A stretch of 64,000 bases of DNA from Klebsormidium nitens (Eukaryota > Plantae > Klebsormidiophyceae): contig DF237179.1 of assembly GCA_000708835.1 (NCBI GenBank), forward strand, positions 62,001 to 126,000, read 5' to 3'. The position numbers and the translations under genes were made by a program. The first letter of the stretch is position 1. Every line of letters starts with the position of its first letter. Of this stretch, positions 1-11,500 are shown piece after piece. The notes below the pieces were generated by a model that was not told the origin of the DNA, made no database searches, and worked only from the letters and a program-made list of their open reading frames with translations.

Positions 1-2775
1 GACAAGGACGAAGCTCGGTGGCTCAAGAAGCCAGCACTCCGGTACCGTTGCCATCATTTGCCTTTAATCAGGCACAGGCTACGGCGGGCACCCAGCTTCC
101 TTGCCTTTGCAGGAAAAGAGGATTCGCTAGGGCCTACCACCTAGCAAGAACGCTAGCACTGAAAGGCAGACGTGCAGCCAACTCAGCCCCCCTTCGTACA
201 CGATCTTACAACCAACCTCTCAGCAAGACACGAAGGGACGAGAAGAAACCCCGGAACTTTAGGACGACATTCGCACTTTGGATCTTTAGGTTCGTAAAGC
301 ACTCGACCCTCTCGTCGGCGCTTGTCACAGGCGACTCGTTGAGAGGTTCGTAAGCCCTCCAGACCGATTCGACTTGGTAAACTGTCAGTTGCAACGGAGT
401 TACGGGGGATGGGGAACAGAACAGCAGGGTGACTTGAGCAGAGCCTCCAAAGTGGTCCTCGACGGCGACAAAGAAGGGCAGAATCCCCCCGTTAGCGGAT
501 TCAAACCACCAGTATCGGCTTAGAAAGATTATACTCTGAGGCTCCGCACAGAAAACAAATCTCAAAACTGGCGAGTGGTTGGAAAAACTGGACGGAGAAT
601 ATGGTGCATCACAGCAAAGGCCCGCAAAAGCCCCTGCCTCAACATAGAGTATGACAGAAAATGATGTTAGCAAGTAGACTCTCCCTTTCTTAATACATGG
701 ACAGATGCGGGGGAAAATGCTGTTCCGTTTGCGTCAGCTGGACACTAATCGATACCTAGGTCGAAGTGAATAAAATGATCCTTCAAGAGGAGCACTCCTG
801 ACAATCGCTTGGTACAATTGAGCATAGTGACGGTTTTCGACACAGGGAAAAGAGACGCACAGTATCTCCAATACTACTCAGAAGGGAAGGGACTACAATA
901 ACAGCCGGAAACTTCAGTAAACTCCCGTCCCATGTCTGCTGAGTGCTAACCAGCATCAAGAACTTTCAAAGACCGTTGAGCATCGCTCAAAGAGTGGCAA
1001 TCAGGGCCGGTGCCTGTACAAGAGACAGCTGACACACTGAAGAGTACGCAAAATAATGATAAAGGTAAAACGGACCTTGGATCGGTCAGCAGAAGAAATA
1101 GAACCTGGCAAGCCAAGTGGGCTATGAAAGTTCGGACACAGAAGGCCTCCAACGAAAGCTTAAAAGGTCGCAAGGTGAATCGGTTGATCTCTGCGCACTG
1201 GGAAGACGGTTTTGGCCGAAGGCGTCAAACGTGCTGCTGGGACTTGAGGTTGGCTGTGGCAGCGCTAAGTACAAATTCAACTCTGAAGAGACTGCTTTGA
1301 ATACGGACGTGAACGCTCACAGAACACACTGATTCAGAATGAAGAAGGTCGCAATGACGGCATCGGACCACCCATCAATCTTCCGTGAGCCCTGTTCCCA
1401 AGATATACGTCACGTGCCGCACACGATCTACAAACAACGTAACGGGAAAGAGGAGATCCCACACCTCATAAAAGCGAGCTAGCACGAAAAGAAGGTGGTC
1501 ACACGATTGAGCAGTTCTTGGGCAAAGTTGCTGTAGGCGCACTTCTGATCAAGCTGATCCAACTTGCGTCATGTGGGCACATTCAAAAGTAACGGCTCGT
1601 GCTTCCTGTTGTCAAGGAGCACTGCTTAGCGCTGGCGTCAGTGGATCAAAACAGCTTCCGACCACAAAGACGTCAACTCCAGCAAAGCAACATGACGAAA
1701 GACTGAAGCAAATCCATACCGAGACCAACATTCTAAACTTGGCAGAGCGTCGATGGCAGGTGTGAATGGGCCGCTGGTCATATGACAGTGGACTGGGCAA
1801 GCACAGCGATGCGGCCAACTGACCCACATCATCTTCCAATTCCGAAAGCAACGGTCTCAATCCTCTTTTACGGCCCAGTCTGCAAAGAAAGTCCGAAGTT
1901 GCAACTTTACCAACACCTACCCTTTCTAACGGCTCCGAACATGGTCAAGAGACACGATTCGTACTTTGTAGTAGTGCGAGTCGGTCGATCGGCTCAGCCG
2001 TTGAACAGATTGTCAAGAAAGACCTTCATTGCACACGCCAAGCTCGCGACACCACAGACATTCGCAAATCCGCTCGCACTTCGTAGCAGTAGCGCTTAAA
2101 CAACTCAGTAAACATACAAACCGCAAACTCAACCGAAAACCACCGTCGAACACCACTTAGTCAGCAAGAAATCATCGTCCAAAACCACGTACTCACCTGT
2201 TGCATCTGGTGCATGCAAATCTGGCACTACAAGGTTAAAATCCTCCGCAGACTCGTTTCTCACCTTGATACAACACGCGTATATTTCATCGTCCAGCCGG
2301 CAAACCCTTGCAAATTTCTCAACACGCTACTATGCGCCATCAAAGTCTTTGCAAAATATACAGATCCAACCGCAGACTCGATCCCACTTCGCCAAAATTC
2401 CTAAGACTCCAGACTTGTCGCCCAGGTCAGCCTCTAAAGTCGCGCTATCTAAGAAAACACATCCGGTATGCGCCCGAAAGTGGCTCATATGATCTAAACA
2501 ACACCACAGACTCGCTCCTCACGTCGCAGCAGTGTGTATTTTCCAGAATGTCACCCCAGATTAGAACCAAGTCCTTCCAACATTGAAGACATTCAGTTTA
2601 CGCCATCAACTTGAAGATTTGATGAAGACAACCGCAGCCTCGCTCATCACCTCGCAGCAATGCTCAAACTTCAAGAGAATCGGCCTCAAAACCCGGATTC
2701 TCGGGGAAAGGACAACCAGTACACGCCAGCAGTGGTGGGAATTGATCAAAAGCGAACCGCAAACTTGCTCCTAAC

Positions 2776-5700
2776 CTCGCAGCAGTGCGCGTACTCCAGG
2801 TTGGTCAGCCCCGCCCCGCACAGCGGCGAGCCCCGCGGCAGCCCAAGCGTGCGCGCAATAGATTCACCCATCTCGTTTGGCACCCACAGGTTCCACAGGC
2901 CCTGGGCACGTGCCGTCCGCTTGAGCTCCTCTTGCAGCGGGTGGATAGTCCAGCGGACGTCCGACTTGGAGTGCGCGTCCAAAGTGGGCTCCGCCGGGTA
3001 GATGTGCTCCAAAAGGAAAGCCTGGGGAAAAGATTGGGGTCAAAAAGTGTCAGAATTGCACGGAAGCCTTTTGGCTGAACACAGCGAAGATTGTTTGAGC
3101 AGTGGAGCTGAGAAGTGGGCGTCCAAAACGGGAAGATGTGCTCCGAAAGGAAAAAACTGGCAAAAAGGAAGGGGTGAATGAATGGAGACGGCAAAGGAAA
3201 ACTAACTCTAGAAGGCGTGGAGGTTTAAGGTCAAGCACAATGTTCAGGCTACTCGTCACACGCGGGCTCTCCGAGGAGGACGTGATCGAACGGAGTCACC
3301 TGAGGATAGAAATCAGATTATCTGCCCGACATCCAACGTCGGAATGTTGTGGTTACTAGAGATTCAAAAGATGTGCGCATAAAGAACTGGCTCTGCAAAA
3401 CGAAAAGACAACGACGAAGACAAAAGAGTTACAAATGAGGAAGAGATAGAAGAGGTAAAGGTGCCATTGTTGTACAGATAACCTCGACAATAGGGAAGCA
3501 AGCTCGAACACACCAAAAAACCTGCAACTCTGCAGGCGTCCTGAGCATTTTGTCGGGAGAAAAATAACTAGCGCCTAACCTCCAGCTTCTGTTTCAGCGC
3601 CTTCGCTTTTGCACTCGGCTCAAACCCAAGCGACGCCTTCGCGCACCCGCCTTCACAGCAGCACGTCCCCGCCTGGCCGCCACGACTGCTGGTCGGAACC
3701 CCCTGGATCGTGGTCGGTGCGTACCGTTGGGTCGCGTGGCTCTCATCCCGGTTCCCATTCTTCCCCTCAAACCGCCCGGTTGGAACCCCCGGTAGACCAC
3801 CAGGTGAGTACTTCTGCTGGGCGTGGCTCAGATCGCCAGCGGCCTTCTCCGAGTCGTTTTCAGGACCCGAGGACTGCTTGGCATCGCTTGGGGCGTACTT
3901 CTGCTGCGCGTGACTGGCCTCCCCAACCCCATCCGCCTCTCTGCCAAAGTGCCCGATTGGCACCCCTGGTACACTGCCCGGGGCATACTTCTGCTGGGCG
4001 TGGCTCAGATCGTTCGAACCGGTCGCAGAACCGCTTGTTTGTTTCGAGGACCCCTTGACAGCCCCCGGCGCATACTTCTGGAGCGCGTGACTCTCCTTTC
4101 CAGCCCCTTCCGACTCTTTCCCAAAGTGCCCGGTTGCAACCCCAGGGAGGCCCCCCGGGGCATACTTCTGCTGGGCGTGGCTCAGATCGTTCGACCCAGT
4201 CGCCGAACCGCTTTTCTCTTTCGAGGACCCCTTGACACCTCCCGGCGCATACTTCTGGAGCGCATGACTCTCATTCCCAGCCCCTTCCGTCTCTTTCCCA
4301 AAGTGCCCGGTTGGAACACCCGGGAGGCCCCCAGGTGCATATTTCTGCTGAGCATGACTGAGCCCCGCGTCTCCCCCGTCCCGTCCCGGACTTCGACCAA
4401 TGACGTCATGCGCCATGTCAGCGAGCGCCTCCACAAGCACCCCCGCCTTGGACGCGTGCTCCGACGACGCGTTCCCCTGGAGCGCTCGCCGATAGACGCC
4501 GGCAAAGATGGCCGCCGCCCGGAAGAGCGAGACCGCGGTGTAGAAGACGAACTGCTCGGAGGAGGGCGCAGGGAGACCGAGGGAGGAGCTGTACAGTAGG
4601 ACGTACTCGGACTGTTGGGGGATCCCTTCGGGGAGCGGTTTGGGGATGGCGTACAGCTGGCGGTACGTGGTGGGGAAGAGGTAGGGCAGGCAGGCGTAGG
4701 CGAGGTCCGAGCGCTGGTTGCCAAGAGTGGATAGCTCCCAGTCGAGGACCTGTAAGCACGAAAAATGGTCAGTGATGGCCCCCATGTGTCTAGCCTAACC
4801 AGACTGCCCGTGCTTCAAAGTGGAAAGCGCACTCTAGACATATCAGGCTTTGCGACTTGAAACGCTGATCAACGCTTTGAGCCTTCGGTGGACGCTTTCA
4901 ACAATGGAAAGAAAGGAAGACGAGCTCACGTCGGCCTTAGGGAAGACGGAAGAAAATCGATTGAAAACCCCAAGAGATAACCGACAATCCTGTCAGCCGA
5001 AACCATAACAAAGAAGAACCGTGCAGATAAAATTGTGAGAGCATTGCGACCCGATTTGATGAGAAAGATAAGGGATTGAAGGACAGTGTTTGCTGATGAC
5101 ATTCGAAACAATCGCAGCCGGGAATTTAGAATCGTCAACATCTTTTTGAACACAGAGCGGGACGACACTTCAAGTTTAAGGAGCTTCTTCTTGTGAGAGC
5201 TCATACCAAGTGCTTGTCAAACTGTAAACACTGCAATCAAACCGAGTTTGCTGGAAAAGCGCTTCTCACCGCAATGATTCTCGGCTCTGTTGGATGAAAC
5301 ACCAGGTTGTCGAGCCGATAATCCCCATGAACGAGCCCCTTAATCGGACCTGCTGCGCCTGCGTCTTCTTCCGGGACATGCGCTTGCAGCCAATCAATGA
5401 GCGCCAGCATCTTGGGGTCGGGCTTGGCGTCGGGAAAGTTGACTGAGGCAGCATACTGTGCAGCCCAGCGCTCGACCTGACAGAGGAAGTCAGAAGAAGA
5501 GAGCTGAAACCTGAGACTTTGCGTTGCATTGTGTGTATATTTGTAATCCCCCTGTTTATTCGGTCGTAATTCTTAGCCCATTGCGCTAGAGTGGTCAACA
5601 AATTTCAATAAAGTCAACCTAAAGCTATCCTGGGATTAGTGACCTGGCAACTTGCTGTATTAAACGAAATGACAAGAAGCTTCTGAGAACCGAGACTGAG

Positions 5701-7167
5701 ATGATCCACTAACAGTCAAAGTGAACGATAATTTCTCCTTGACCTTCTTGTCTATCACTTCTGAAGCAAGAAAACAATCTGAATCAAAGGTTTGTAGACA
5801 GAGTGCCAGGTACCAGAGTGCCTGAGGCAGAGTCGTTACAACGGCAAGCGTGAGCAGACACATACCAATTCATGCCAAACCGAAAGTCTCGCTCAGACTG
5901 CAATGAACTCAGTAACCTGATAAAGAGGTCGCAGCTCTTTTCAATTGACATGTCACAAATCATAGATAACGCCTTTCCAGCGTCCACAGTCAAGCACCAC
6001 TCTCTCCACAACTTACTCACCTGCCGCTTGCAGTAGTTATCCCGGCGGCCAAACCGGCTCAGCCCGACCTGGTCAACGTCCACAGCATGGATCGCCGCCA
6101 GCGTTTTGGCCATCTCCTCATACATTGTGCGCCGCACTGGCGGCGGCACCTCTGGCAAACCAGGGTCCAGGAAGATGCGGCCCTCCACGTGTTCCATCAC
6201 ATAGAAGTCAGTGCCTATAACCGAGGCGTCAGTGCACAGGCACATGACTTTTGGAACGGGGACTGCGGTCCCATTCAGGGCCTTGAGGACCTGCATAGAA
6301 GGAGTGATGGTGAATAAAGGTGAACAAGGTTGAAAACTTTTGCAAGCTGGCCAGCTGAGATGTTACATGAGAGTCCACGGCCGGTCATGGTTCGTGTCGA
6401 GTCCTTGGAAGGTCATATTTGAAGTAAGCCTTGAGAATTGGTGGTGTGAGCTTCTGATTGAAGGGCTAGACATGCAGGCACGGTCTGGCAGGATTCAGAA
6501 ACTTCAGGAAAGACCATCTTAATGTAATCGCCAGGAGCTATAACTTTTATATGAGTGTCAGAGTGGTAAAGTACCATGATATCGCTCAAAAACAACTTCC
6601 GTCATCAGATTTTTTATGAGATATGACGTCGTCTGACAAAACCCCGAAGGAAAAGTAGAGTTCCATGGCTTTGGGAAATTGCAGCACTTGTCCATTACTT
6701 TAGAAACTTTGCTTCCAATAAGCCTTCACACTGGAACGTTTCTCCGGAGGTTTGACTTTTCGTACACATCCCTTTCAAGGAGTGCTTTGGAGGATTGAAG
6801 TGAACTCTTATTTCAGTTGGGGGACATCCACATGGGCAAAGAAAAAGAGGCACTGGTTGCATGAACAATCTACAATCAAGTTTCTCACCTGATACTCTCT
6901 GTCCACTGCATGCGCAGACTTCAGGAGCTTTCCAGGGGGCTTCTTCCGCAGCACAAAGCGCCCCCCCTCCCCGGCCGGTGACCTTACGTCCAGCAAGAAG
7001 GTGGGGTTTGATTGGCCATGCCCAAACTGACCGACTGTAAGTTTGGTTTCTGGATGCTGAGGGAAGTGAGCCACATTGCTTTGCAGAAATCGAAGGAGCG
7101 CTGACTCATCAAACCGGTGCGCTGCGCGCACAGGTTCAATGTTTCCTGAGATCGAGAGAGGGGCCAT
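2776..7167 (-). CDS. ACAD10/ACAD11 (IBR3-like) APH-kinase + acyl-CoA dehydrogenase; 5 exons found, 3' part missing
   Basis: Exons 7167-6889, 6290-6021, 5476-5270, 4749-3580, 3021-2776, all GT-AG phase 0. Motifs QFGHGQSNPTF, VLRKKPPGKLLKSAHAVDREYQV, HGDYRLDNLVFHP and VLDWELSTLG, then the ACAD N-terminus AFLLEHIYPAE...GLWNLWVP...GAGLTNLEYAHCCE. The expected next exon (APEVFNC.APDTGNME type) was not found in 1-2775. Confidence 0.92.
3715..4362 (-). repeat. Coding higher-order tandem repeat: 177-bp/59-aa unit, about 4 copies, containing 8 SHAxQ[KR]Y[AS]P motifs
   Basis: GGGCATACTTCTGCTGGGCGTGGCTCAGATCGTTCGA occurs at 3981 and 4158 (177-bp period). The translation alternates about 31-aa and 28-aa units. 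Confidence 0.95.
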
Positions 7168-7749
7168 TATAACTTTCTAAGAATCACTGTACTTCTACTG
7201 AGCAAAAGCTGACCCTCCAATCAGTGAACAGGTTAGCTCTGCCTCTTCTGTCCAACTTAGTGAAAGACAGCACCACCGAACAGGTTCAAAAACTAGGCGC
7301 CAATTCAGTGTGTGGCCACTTCATCACTGAGCAAGCAATCAAGGCGCAGCAGACAATACCGCAGAAGGAAGCAGGAGACAAAGACGTAGCCCTGCAGGAA
7401 GAGCACGCCAGCCAGCATTGCAGAGGGAGAGGAAAACTTGTGTCGCAGGTTTCAGAACGCTCCATGCAAGCCTGCTCAGCCGAGCCAAGCCGAGCACAGC
7501 TCAGCATGGAGGCTGCTGCCCGAGGCACGTCGGATTTCCCGAATATTTTTGGAGCTATTGATAGCTGATATCAGCATGGCTGAGCGCTTATGTGAACGCA
7601 TCTAAACGCAAAAACCTTCAATTTCCGTATATTAGAGAAAGGCCATTTGAAATTTACTTGAACGAATCAAAGGTTCGGAGTCTTCAATGTTCACGCAGGG
7701 GTCAGAAGTTAGAACTGAATTCGAAGGCATATTTAATACTACCTACGAT

Positions 7750-8258
7750 CAGTGTTTCCGCTAACTTTTTTAATTGGTGGCCCCCGGGCCCCCTTGGCCC
7801 GTTCTTCGGGGGCCCGGTGGGCCCCCTCAGCCTCTCAATCGGGGGCCCAAAGGCCCCTTCGAGCCACTGATTGGGGGCCCAAAAACTGCGTGAAACTGCC
7901 CCCTTCTAGGTCGCATTAGCGCTTTATCCCAAATTAAAACATGGGCACCCACGGTCAGTCTTCCCACAAAGCCCCCCTAGTAGACGAATTGAGGATATTT
8001 GCATGACTTGTGATACATTTCTACACGCAATATTCATCGAAATTCATATATAAGCGTGATATATTCTGTAATGTTGGGCCCCCTCACACTGAAGTATGGG
8101 GGCAACAGGGCCCCCCATCGTTGCTCTTCGGAGGCCCATCGGGCCCCCTCGACTCAAGCATTGGGGGCCCGTTGGGCCCCCAAGCCCCTCCTATTGGGGG
8201 ACGATATCGGCCATTGGGGGCGATAATGGCTGGTGGCGGGCCCCCAGTGGAAACACTG
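7750..8258. mobile_element. Non-autonomous hAT-type DNA transposon (MITE), 509 bp
   Basis: TIRs CAGTGTTTCC(G)CT at 7750 and AG(T)GGAAACACTG ending at 8258. Perfect 8-bp TSD CCTACGAT at 7742-7749 and 8259-8266. GGGCCC-rich subterminal arrays, no transposase ORF. An 8-bp TSD with CAG-start TIRs fits the hAT superfamily. Confidence 0.9.
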
Positions 8259-8559
8259 CCTACGATACTTACCGTACGCGCGTGTAGGTATAAGCATGTT
8301 CATAAACCGACATTTCTGCCTCCTATGACCCCGATCACGTCCCGCAGATGCTAAACTTCTGATGCAATATCGGAACTTTCAAAACCAGAGGGGCCTGAGT
8401 TGCAAAAGCTGCAGCTGTGATCAGACCTGTTCAGCAGAACATACAGCAAAATGCTGTGGAGCAGCAGGAAGCCATATTGATCTGATGCCTGTTTCAGCTG
8501 GGAATTTCTATCCATGAGGCAAAAGGTAGGAATGTACTAGTAGCCCTTTTCCTTGACAC

Positions 8560-11500
8560 ATGGAGTGCACATTCTACTGCAGCCCCGCTGTTTTGCAAAA
8601 AGAGCTGAGTCGGCGGTTTTCGCAGGATCAGAATTGTTCAGGATGTTTGCTTAGCCCCAAAGCTGCACCACCCTTGCATCAGCATGGCACCTCTTTTCTC
8701 AGACACAAGTTACACAGAAAGCCCTGCTTCAGATTAGTGGGGACTTGTCAGCTCACAGCAAATGGCCAAGGCGCCAGTGAGCAAGTGGAGACACGAGGTC
8801 TGGAGCAAGAAGCACAGAAGGTGAGAGATCATTCCAACTCTTCCACCAGTGTTCTGTCGCATTTGCTCATCTTGCGATCAGCTTCAGCAGTGTTTGCTTG
8901 CTTTTGTTGGTTTAAAGTTCTGTCTCTGAGTCTTGGGTTCCCCCCTACCAGATTGTTTTCCAAAAAAAACTCACCTTGCTGTCTGTCTCTAACATATATT
9001 TTCGCATTCTTTCCACGTTCCTTGCACTCAAGCAGGGCTTCATGGTCAGAAAGGGCTTCAAGCATAAGGATGTGCAAAACGGGCATGATTAATCTTACAT
9101 CACTGTTGTTGACGCTCACAACTCCGTCATGCTTACTGGCTTTTGAGGCTTCTTCAAGCCAATGGTCTCTAGTCCCCATTCTCTCAGAACAACCTTCCAA
9201 TATCTCACTTGCTTCTTGCAGTATGAAAGTCCCTCCTTCCTTCCAAGCCGCCAGCAGCTCAACATGCCCCCCCGTGACGAGCGGGTTTCTTACACCCGCA
9301 TCCAGGGGCTCAGCACGTTCCCCCCCGAACGGCTCTACGACAAAGTCGTGATGGTCCGCTGTGACTGGAACGTAGAGATAGGCGTCCATGAGGTCAAAGG
9401 AAAGGTGTTCCGAGATGATACACGAATGAAAGCTTCGGTGCCAACTCTTCAGTACTTAGCGGGGGCCGGGGCACGGGTGGTTGTTGTTAGCGAGTATGGG
9501 ACTCCGAGCAAGGGGCAAAGGATGCAGCATTCTTTGAAAGTGCTGGCAGGTGAGGCTTTCCAAGACGTGTTGTAAGAAAACCAGAGGCGGTTCACTTGCA
9601 TCAACAATTCAACCAAGCTTCTAGTCATTCATCAAAGAGCTTTGTGAACCTGGTGGGGGGAATAGTGCCAGCTGGATTCATATTGTCCATAGAAAAAGCT
9701 GGGGCCTGTGTCAAAGTCGCAAGCCATCTAGGGCCACATTTAAAAAAGCCGATCATCCACCTTTGAATAAAGTAGCGGCGTCTTAGTGGCGGTCAGCAAC
9801 CTTTCTCTCATGAGTGCCCTTGCAGCGCAAGGTGCACGGCATCGGATGCTAAGTATTGAGCTGTCCCATCTTGCCTTCTGCTTTAGCTGACTTCATGTCG
9901 ACTTTGCCACCTGCGCTACTGAACAGCACGTGTCAATTCACCAGCAAAGGACAGATCTGCCAATGGTGGCCAGTTTGTGGCTGCCCGATCGAGTCGCTCT
10001 GAAGGTGCTACTGGATTCAGCTGTGATCAGCCACATCTTGTGCATCAGTGTCAATTGTCACACAGTTCGTACTGCTGTTTTTCAGAGAGACTGGCGTCGG
10101 ATCTCGGCCAAGAGGTTATGATGGCTGGCGACTGCATCGGCGCTGGGGTCGAGCGGGATATTGACGCGCTCCGGCCTGGACAGATCTTGGTCCTGGAGAA
10201 CGTGCGCTTCTATAAGGTACGATTCGACGAAATGCTGGTGGTGTATGCCATGTTTGCATTACAGTTCAAAGCCACTGCGTAAAACAGGTCTTAGATACGT
10301 CTTTTTGAAGAGTCGCTGGCATCGGTGTACAAAGTGGTCCTCCCTAAGTTGTCTGGTTGGTTCTTACCTACAAATGATTCGTCTAAAATGTCTTAACTTT
10401 TGATTTTACGCCCCAATGCTGGGGGGAGGAGATAGGCATGTATTTATCGGGCTTTGATCTATCATGTCCTGCGAGAGCTATGCTGAGCGCACCTCACTTC
10501 TGCCTGGAACGTTGTCGTTCCGCTCTGGCGGGGCAGAGTGGGTCAGACGATCAGAACCAGAAGCTGCTTTACTCTTACCCCAAATAGAGAGCGCGGAGAG
10601 AGGATTCAAGCGACCCCATTGCCTCTCGTTTACAGTTCTCACTTCCACGCGCTTGCCCATCTGACTTCTCTCCTTCTTACAGGAATAGAAGGCCAACGTT
10701 CTGGTCTTCTCTCAGAACCCACGTTAGAACAAAGGCCAATCGTCGTGCCCCTATTTCTTTCTTTAGCCACCTTCGGCGTTTCTTGTTAACTCTCACTAAA
10801 CCAGTTTGGCAGGTTATAAAGGTCATCAAGCCTTTCGCTCCAGTTCTCATTTCTAAGCTTGCCCATCCCACCTCTCCGTCTTACAGGAGGAGAAGGCCAA
10901 CGATCTCGTCTTCGCTCAAAAGCTCGCCTTTCGAGTCGACGTCTTCGTAAACGACGCCCTGGGGCCTTGTAGCCAGGCGACCGCCTCTGTTTCTGGGGTT
11001 CCCGTCTTCGTGGGGCGGAGAATTGCGGGTCTCCAGCTCGAGAAGGAGCTTCGCTACTTGAACTCACTGACGTCCTCCGCAGCAAGGCCCCTGCTTGCGA
11101 TCGTAAGTGACAACGTTCGTTGCATGGTGTCTTTCGTTCGCCGCATTGTAAACTGCCTCAATCTTTCCAGTTCTTGCACACGTTGATTCCGTTGATTCCA
11201 CCGATCGGGCGGCAGAATCCTGAGAAACATGCTATTGATCATGCGAAGTTGACGTTGGAGACTTTGCAACATGGTTGCGCTCTCCTCGTTTTTTGCAATG
11301 TCGCAGTGCGTGTTCTCTGACCTTGAAACAAAAAGCGCCTGAGCGAATGACGGCTCGAATTACTCGCAAAGACCGCTCTGCTCTGCTTGATATGGTAGCA
11401 CTGGTGTTTCGCTTCAAGTAAGGGTATCCAACGGTTCAAGTGATGCAAAACCTTCCCGTGAATGCTGTTGAATGACAGAAAGCTCAAACCTTTAAAAGTG

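Noticed and set aside
1-1500. Retrotransposon remnant
   Set aside because: No RT, RNase H or integrase motif could be read in any frame.
3823-4599. 258-aa plus-strand ORF
   Set aside because: Antisense shadow of the repetitive ACAD exon.
8829-9389. 186-aa minus-strand ORF
   Set aside because: Overlaps intron 1 and exon 2 of the PGK-like gene in antisense, has a non-ATG-supported context and shows no recognisable motif.
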